The notes below the pieces were generated by a model that made no database searches, was not told the origin of the DNA, and saw nothing but the letters and a program-made list of their open reading frames with translations. From positions 154,877 to 218,876 of the forward strand of contig JAVZXS010000002.1 in the NCBI GenBank assembly GCA_038886535.1: 64,000 nucleotides of DNA. Reading direction: 5' to 3'. The translations under genes and the position numbers were made by a program. This DNA comes from Candidatus Micrarchaeia archaeon (lineage in GTDB: Archaea > Micrarchaeota > Micrarchaeia > CABMEP01). Of this stretch, positions 59,189-64,000 are shown one piece after another (positions within the stretch are counted from its first letter, which is position 1; each line of letters opens with the position of its first letter).

Positions 59189-60403
59189 ATGGCAAAGAAA
59201 ATCAAATCTTCTGGCAATTCTAGATCAATAGGTCCAAAAAGGCCTAGATCTTTAATTTCAAAACGCATTCCTGAGAGCAGGGATGAAAAAAGAGATCTTA
59301 TTTTCATGGATTATGCATCGTCTACACCAATACGGGAAGAAGTTTTGGAGGCGATGCAACCATATCTTAAAAATAAATTTGGAAATCCATCTTCTCTCCA
59401 TTATTATGGCCGTGAAGCAAAGCTGGCAATAGAAGAATCAAAGGAAATAATTGCAAAGACAATCAATGCATCCCCAGAGGAAATCATTTTCACCTCAGGT
59501 TCAACAGAATCTTCAGTTCTTGCAATAAGAGGAGTAGCCAAAGCAAAGATTGCATATGGTAGTCACATATTATCCTCAGCGATAGAGCACGATCCAGTAT
59601 TTTCAACATGTAAATCACTGGTTACAGAAGGTTATACTCTTTCAAGTCTTCTTGTAGATGTAGATGGAATGATAAGCATAGCGGATTTAAGATCAAAGAT
59701 AACTCCAAAGACAATACTTGTATCTATACAGCATTCAAACGGAGAGATAGGAACAATTCAGCAAATAGAAGATGTGGGAAGAATAACAAAAGAAAAAAAC
59801 GTGACCTTACATACTGATGCAACATTTTCTTATGGCTGGGTTCCATTAGATGTCAAAAAGATGAATGTAGATTTAATGACATTTGATGCGCATCATTCCT
59901 ATGGTCCTAAGGGGATTGGTGCACTTTATGTAAAGAATGGAACTCCTATCAAGCCGATTTTTCCAAATAGAGAGAACATTCTTCGACCAGGTACACTGAG
60001 TGTTGCATCTATAGTGGGTTTTGCTACTGCCGCAGAGTTAGCACATAAAGAAATGAACAAGAATCAAAAGAACCTGATCAAGCTTCAAAAGATGTTTATT
60101 GATTATGTGGAAGAAAACATAAAATTCGTGAAACTTAACGGTCATCTTACAAAAAGATTGCCAAATAATGTTAACTTTAGCTTCAGTGGAATAACTGGTA
60201 CTGAACTTGTTAAGCAACTTGAGGAGAAAGGATTTATCACCTCAACTTGCATAGATTGCAGGGTTCTTGAGGCAATAGGTGTCAAAGGAGAGAAATTTAC
60301 TGGATCCGTAAGATTCACATTTGGAAAAGACACTAGTCAGGAAGAAGTAAAAAGATTATCTATAACGTTGAAATCACTTGTGGAAAAAGCGAGACATAGC
60401 TAA
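59189..60403 (+). CDS. IscS/NifS-like cysteine desulfurase homologue lacking the PLP lysine
   Basis: MDYASSTP, FGNPSSLH, EIIFTSGSTES, IEH, EIGTIQ, HTDA, YGPKGIGALY; AHK is replaced by AHH. Confidence 0.85.
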   Translation: MAKKIKSSGNSRSIGPKRPRSLISKRIPESRDEKRDLIFMDYASSTPIREEVLEAMQPYLKNKFGNPSSLHYYGREAKLAIEESKEIIAKTINASPEEIIFTSGSTESSVLAIRGVAKAKIAYGSHILSSAIEHDPVFSTCKSLVTEGYTLSSLLVDVDGMISIADLRSKITPKTILVSIQHSNGEIGTIQQIEDVGRITKEKNVTLHTDATFSYGWVPLDVKKMNVDLMTFDAHHSYGPKGIGALYVKNGTPIKPIFPNRENILRPGTLSVASIVGFATAAELAHKEMNKNQKNLIKLQKMFIDYVEENIKFVKLNGHLTKRLPNNVNFSFSGITGTELVKQLEEKGFITSTCIDCRVLEAIGVKGEKFTGSVRFTFGKDTSQEEVKRLSITLKSLVEKARHS

Positions 60404-60451
60404 TATCTTTAATTTTTTATTTTAGTTTAATTTTAGATAATTTGTGATTTA

Positions 60452-62557
60452 ATGATTGGAATAAAGAAAGTTCAAAAGAGAGATGGTTCAATAGTAAAAT
60501 TCGATCAATCTAAAATCACAAATGCAGTTTACAAAGCAACGGAAGCCGCAAAAACACCAGATATGAAACTTGCACAAAAGATTTCAGATAGAGTTGTTAA
60601 AAAGCTCTCTGCCGTCTTTAAAAACAAGATACCTTCAGTTGAAGAGATACAAGACATAGTTGTAGAAGAACTTTTAAGGGAGAATAAAAAAATTGCAAAA
60701 CTTTACATCAACTACAGAAGAGAAAGAGCAGAGATAAGAGAAAAGAAAAAAGTTCTTTTTGGAGTTTATGATGATCTTAAATTGGATCTAAATGCAACTA
60801 AGGTATTGGCTTCAAGATATCTACAGAAAGACGTTAGCGGAAAAATCATCGAAACTCCAAAGCAAATGTTTAAGCGAGTCGCAAAGAAAATCGCAGAATC
60901 AGATCGAGTTTATGGAGAAGATGTGAAAAAATCAGAAAAAGTTTTCTATGAAATGATGAGCAATCTTGAATTTCTGCCAAATTCACCAACATTAATGAAT
61001 GCAGGAACAAGATTAGGACAGCTTTCCGCATGTTTTGTGCTTCCAATAGATGATTCTTTAGAAAGTATTTTTGAGACATTGAAGCACGCAGCACTCATAC
61101 ATCAAAGCGGAGGAGGAACTGGTTTTTCATTTTCAAGGATTAGGCCAAAAGGTGACTTAGTACGTTCTACAATGTCAATCGCATCAGGTCCTGTTTCATT
61201 CATGAAGATATACGATGCGATGACAGAAACAATAAAGCAAGGGGGGAGAAGGCGCGGTGCAAACATGGGTGTTTTGAGATGCGATCATCCAGATATAATT
61301 GAATTTATCAATTCCAAAAAACAAGGTGGACTGAAAAACTTTAACATCTCAATCGCGGCTACAGATCGTTTCATGAAAGCAGTTCAAAAAGATGACGATT
61401 ATGAATTAATAAATCCAAGAACGGGGGAAGTAACAAAAACAATCTCTGCAAGAGAAGTGTTTAATCTTGCAGCTGAACAAGCATGGGAAATAGGCGATCC
61501 AGGAATTATATTTATAGATAGAATTAATAAATTACATCCATTAAGAAAAATTGGAGAAATAGAGGCTACAAATCCTTGTGGTGAGCAGCCTTTATTGCCA
61601 TACGAATCTTGTAATCTAGGAAGTATAAACCTTACTAAATTCATACTTTCAGATGGAAGTGATTTTGATTGGGATAGATTAGAAATTGCAATTCAAAATG
61701 CAGTGCATTTTTTAGACAATGTTATTGATGCAAATTCTATTCCTATTAGTGAAATAGATAGAGTTACAAAAGCAAATAGAAAGATAGGATTGGGTATAAT
61801 GGGATGGGCGGATTCTCTCATTCTTCTTGGAATTAGATACGATAGTAAAGAAGCAATTTTAATGGCTGAAAAGCTGATGAGATTTATAAGACAGATATCA
61901 TACAATACATCTACAGATCTTGCAACTAAAAGAGGAAGCTATCCAAACTTCAAATTTGCAATTTATCCATCCAGATATAAACGATTAAGAAATGCAACAT
62001 TAAATACCATTGCGCCAACAGGTTCGCTTTCAATAATTGCAGGTGTATCTTCTGGAATCGAGCCTTTATTTGCAGTTGCTTATTATAGACAAGTGCTAGA
62101 AAACATGAAGCTGATAGAGATAAATAGAATCTTTCATTCTATTTCTATTGAAAGAGGTTTCTATAGCAGATCATTAATGGAAAAGATCTCACATGGTTTA
62201 TCAATACAGAAAATGAGTGAAATTCCAAGAGATGTAAGAGATTTGTTTGTTACTGCTTATGATATTGAACCGATATGGCATTTAAAAATGCAAGCAGCTT
62301 TCCAAAAATATGTTGATAATGCAGTTTCAAAAACAATAAATCTGCCATATGACGCAACTGTAGATGAAGTTGAAGACATCTATCTTAAGGCATACGAATT
62401 AGGAATAAAGGGAATAACTGTTTATAGATATGGAAGCAAAGTAGAGCAAGTAATATACCTGGGTCTTCCAAAAGAAGTGGGCGAAGAACAGAAAAGAAAG
62501 GTCACTGTTTCTTCTGAATTCGCAGGCCATTGTTCATCAGGTATTTGCCAATTATGA
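60452..62557 (+). CDS. nrdJ: Class II (AdoCbl-dependent) ribonucleotide reductase with N-terminal ATP cone
   Basis: VQKRDG ATP cone, PNSPTLMNAG, LSACFV, RRGANMG, TNPCGEQPL, CNLGSINL, TIAPTG, C-terminal CSSGIC. Confidence 0.95.
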   Translation: MIGIKKVQKRDGSIVKFDQSKITNAVYKATEAAKTPDMKLAQKISDRVVKKLSAVFKNKIPSVEEIQDIVVEELLRENKKIAKLYINYRRERAEIREKKKVLFGVYDDLKLDLNATKVLASRYLQKDVSGKIIETPKQMFKRVAKKIAESDRVYGEDVKKSEKVFYEMMSNLEFLPNSPTLMNAGTRLGQLSACFVLPIDDSLESIFETLKHAALIHQSGGGTGFSFSRIRPKGDLVRSTMSIASGPVSFMKIYDAMTETIKQGGRRRGANMGVLRCDHPDIIEFINSKKQGGLKNFNISIAATDRFMKAVQKDDDYELINPRTGEVTKTISAREVFNLAAEQAWEIGDPGIIFIDRINKLHPLRKIGEIEATNPCGEQPLLPYESCNLGSINLTKFILSDGSDFDWDRLEIAIQNAVHFLDNVIDANSIPISEIDRVTKANRKIGLGIMGWADSLILLGIRYDSKEAILMAEKLMRFIRQISYNTSTDLATKRGSYPNFKFAIYPSRYKRLRNATLNTIAPTGSLSIIAGVSSGIEPLFAVAYYRQVLENMKLIEINRIFHSISIERGFYSRSLMEKISHGLSIQKMSEIPRDVRDLFVTAYDIEPIWHLKMQAAFQKYVDNAVSKTINLPYDATVDEVEDIYLKAYELGIKGITVYRYGSKVEQVIYLGLPKEVGEEQKRKVTVSSEFAGHCSSGICQL

Positions 62558-62610
62558 TTTTTGAACCGAATAGTTTTTTTCTAAATTGATGTCTTTTCGT
62601 TTCTTTATGT

Positions 62611-63231
62611 TCATTCGGTTTCTTCCTCTTCTTTAGATTCTTTCCGTTTTTGATACCTGCCTCTCTTTTCTATTTCATCCATTTGTCCGATTATCTTTTC
62701 CCATCCTTTAAGATTTTTGTATCCTTCTAAAAAATATTTGAAATTTCTCCCTATAGATCTTTTCATTAATAAAACATCTATTGCTCTCTCTTCTGGATCC
62801 TTTGAAAATTCTGCGAGACCAAAATCTATGATATATGGTTCATTTTTTATGAACATTACATTTGCAGGGGTGAAGTCACCATGTGTTATTCCTATTGAAT
62901 GAAGCTTACAGAGTAGCTTTCCAACGTTTCTATAATCATTAGGAGAATTTTTTCGATCTTTCATTAATTTTCCTTCAAGCCTTTCAAGAATCAACTCGTA
63001 TTTGCCGGCATGGTATATTTTAGGAACATTTATGCTATTTTTTAAGGCGTGAAGTATGCATCTTGCTTCTGTTTTGTTTCTCGTTTTTCTAAGTATTTCA
63101 TCTAATTCACTTATTCTGTATTCCTTTTTATCTCTGATTTTTATAACAACAGGAAGACCAAATAAATCAGAGAAATAGACCTTTGCTTCTGCGCCTCTGC
63201 TTTTGTAATTCCTTTGTTTACTTTGGCTCAC
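62611..63231 (-). CDS. bud32: KEOPS kinase Bud32
   Basis: RGAEA, K.YR..ELD..LRKTR...EAR, HGDFTPAN, IDFGL, EIEKRGRY. Confidence 0.95.
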   Translation of the reverse strand: MSQSKQRNYKSRGAEAKVYFSDLFGLPVVIKIRDKKEYRISELDEILRKTRNKTEARCILHALKNSINVPKIYHAGKYELILERLEGKLMKDRKNSPNDYRNVGKLLCKLHSIGITHGDFTPANVMFIKNEPYIIDFGLAEFSKDPEERAIDVLLMKRSIGRNFKYFLEGYKNLKGWEKIIGQMDEIEKRGRYQKRKESKEEEETE

Positions 63232-63923
63232 TCTTCTCCCTTCTTTTCTTTGAGAACGGTCGGTCCCCTCTTTAGAAATTCACCCAAGCTTCTTGCACCA
63301 CTTTTTGTTATAATATAAGAACCTGTGAATACTATTGCTGCAACAAATGGATTCAATCCTAGTGCCAATGCACCTATGCTTCCTCCACCTATCAATGGCA
63401 GAGAGGGCGAAGTGAGCAACTCAGCTATTTTTTCACTTAAAGTAGGTGGTGTTTTAGTGAATGGATTTATCTCTATTAACGTCTTTCCATTCTTCATAAT
63501 TCTTACAGCACCATCCTCTTCACTTGAGATTATAGAAAGAGTTCCTGGCACTTCAGATATCCCAAGCGCAGCGCTATGTCTTGTGCCATGTCCTTTGTAA
63601 TGTTTTGTCTTTTTAATTTGAGCGCCATATGCAATAAGATATCCGTCTTCATCGATTATTATTGCACCATCAAGTTCAGCAAGCTTCCTTATAACTGGAA
63701 GGATTCTCTGATTATTTATTTTGACTTTTGTTTTTTCCAATATATCAGTGTATAACCATGAATAGTACGGTTTAAGATTTCTATTAGTGATTATGAAGAA
63801 TGAACCTTTTTTTTCCTGTCCGAATTCCATTGCGAGATCAATCACTAATTTAACTATATTCTTTTCTAAGTCTATATCATTGATTATTTTTTCTTTCACT
63901 TTTTTATCTACCATTATTTCCAC
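63228..63923 (-). CDS. Diadenylate cyclase (DAC/DisA_N domain) with C-terminal hydrophobic segment
   Basis: E.KG.FFII, LAELDGAIII, GHGTRHSAA.GIS, SSEEDG.VRI. Confidence 0.85.
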   Translation of the reverse strand: MEIMVDKKVKEKIINDIDLEKNIVKLVIDLAMEFGQEKKGSFFIITNRNLKPYYSWLYTDILEKTKVKINNQRILPVIRKLAELDGAIIIDEDGYLIAYGAQIKKTKHYKGHGTRHSAALGISEVPGTLSIISSEEDGAVRIMKNGKTLIEINPFTKTPPTLSEKIAELLTSPSLPLIGGGSIGALALGLNPFVAAIVFTGSYIITKSGARSLGEFLKRGPTVLKEKKGEE

Positions 63924-64000
63924 CTATATTTCTTCAATTTTAATTTGAATTGGTCGTATAATTAATTAGTAGACAAATGTATATAAACTTTAATGCAATT

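Noticed and set aside
33279-62557. Inteins in LonB or the ribonucleotide reductase
   Set aside because: Lengths are normal and no intein-like insertion interrupts the conserved motifs.
223-63600. Many 60-175 aa ORFs antisense to or overlapping long genes (e.g. 577-843, 7765-8247, 21502-22029, 28882-29331, 30656-31147)
   Set aside because: They are shadows of well-supported genes, with Ser/Phe/Ile-rich composition typical of the reverse strand.
1-64000. CRISPR array, transposase, integrase or prophage
   Set aside because: No regularly spaced repeats with unique spacers and no recognisable mobile-element proteins. The intron hairpins are too few and too irregular for a CRISPR array.

Overview
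A low-GC archaeal chromosome segment with split rpoA'/A'' and rpoB'/B'', archaeal EF-2, LonB, CarS, Csl4, Spt4 and GGTG-type ribosome-binding sites. Gene content and divergence suggest a DPANN archaeon, possibly Micrarchaeota (inference). Main blocks: (1) a type IV pilus locus at about 2-15.4 kb, with two divergently transcribed secretion ATPases, two TadC-like proteins, six class III signal peptide proteins and a LapG-like protease; (2) PPDK; (3) the rpoH-B''-B'-A'-A''-L30e-nusA-S12-S7-EF2 cluster; (4) roadblock plus KaiC, LonB and rpoE/spt4; (5) tandem ftsZ genes; (6) a two-component pair, TyrRS, an unannotated eL41 gene, class II RNR, Bud32 and a diadenylate cyclase. Three tRNAs are present: Gln, plus intron-containing Ala and His. 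No CRISPR array, transposase or integrase was seen. The main novelty candidate is a conserved hairpin+ATCAAAG repeat unit shared by the introns of two unrelated tRNAs (three tandem units in the 105-nt tRNA-Ala intron). Other candidates are a full-length P-type ATPase and an IscS homologue lacking catalytic residues, a uS12 with both decoding-centre loops altered, and a duplicated palindromic operator between ftsZ and a DUF134 regulator. All family calls come from recognising motifs by eye; no database search was run.
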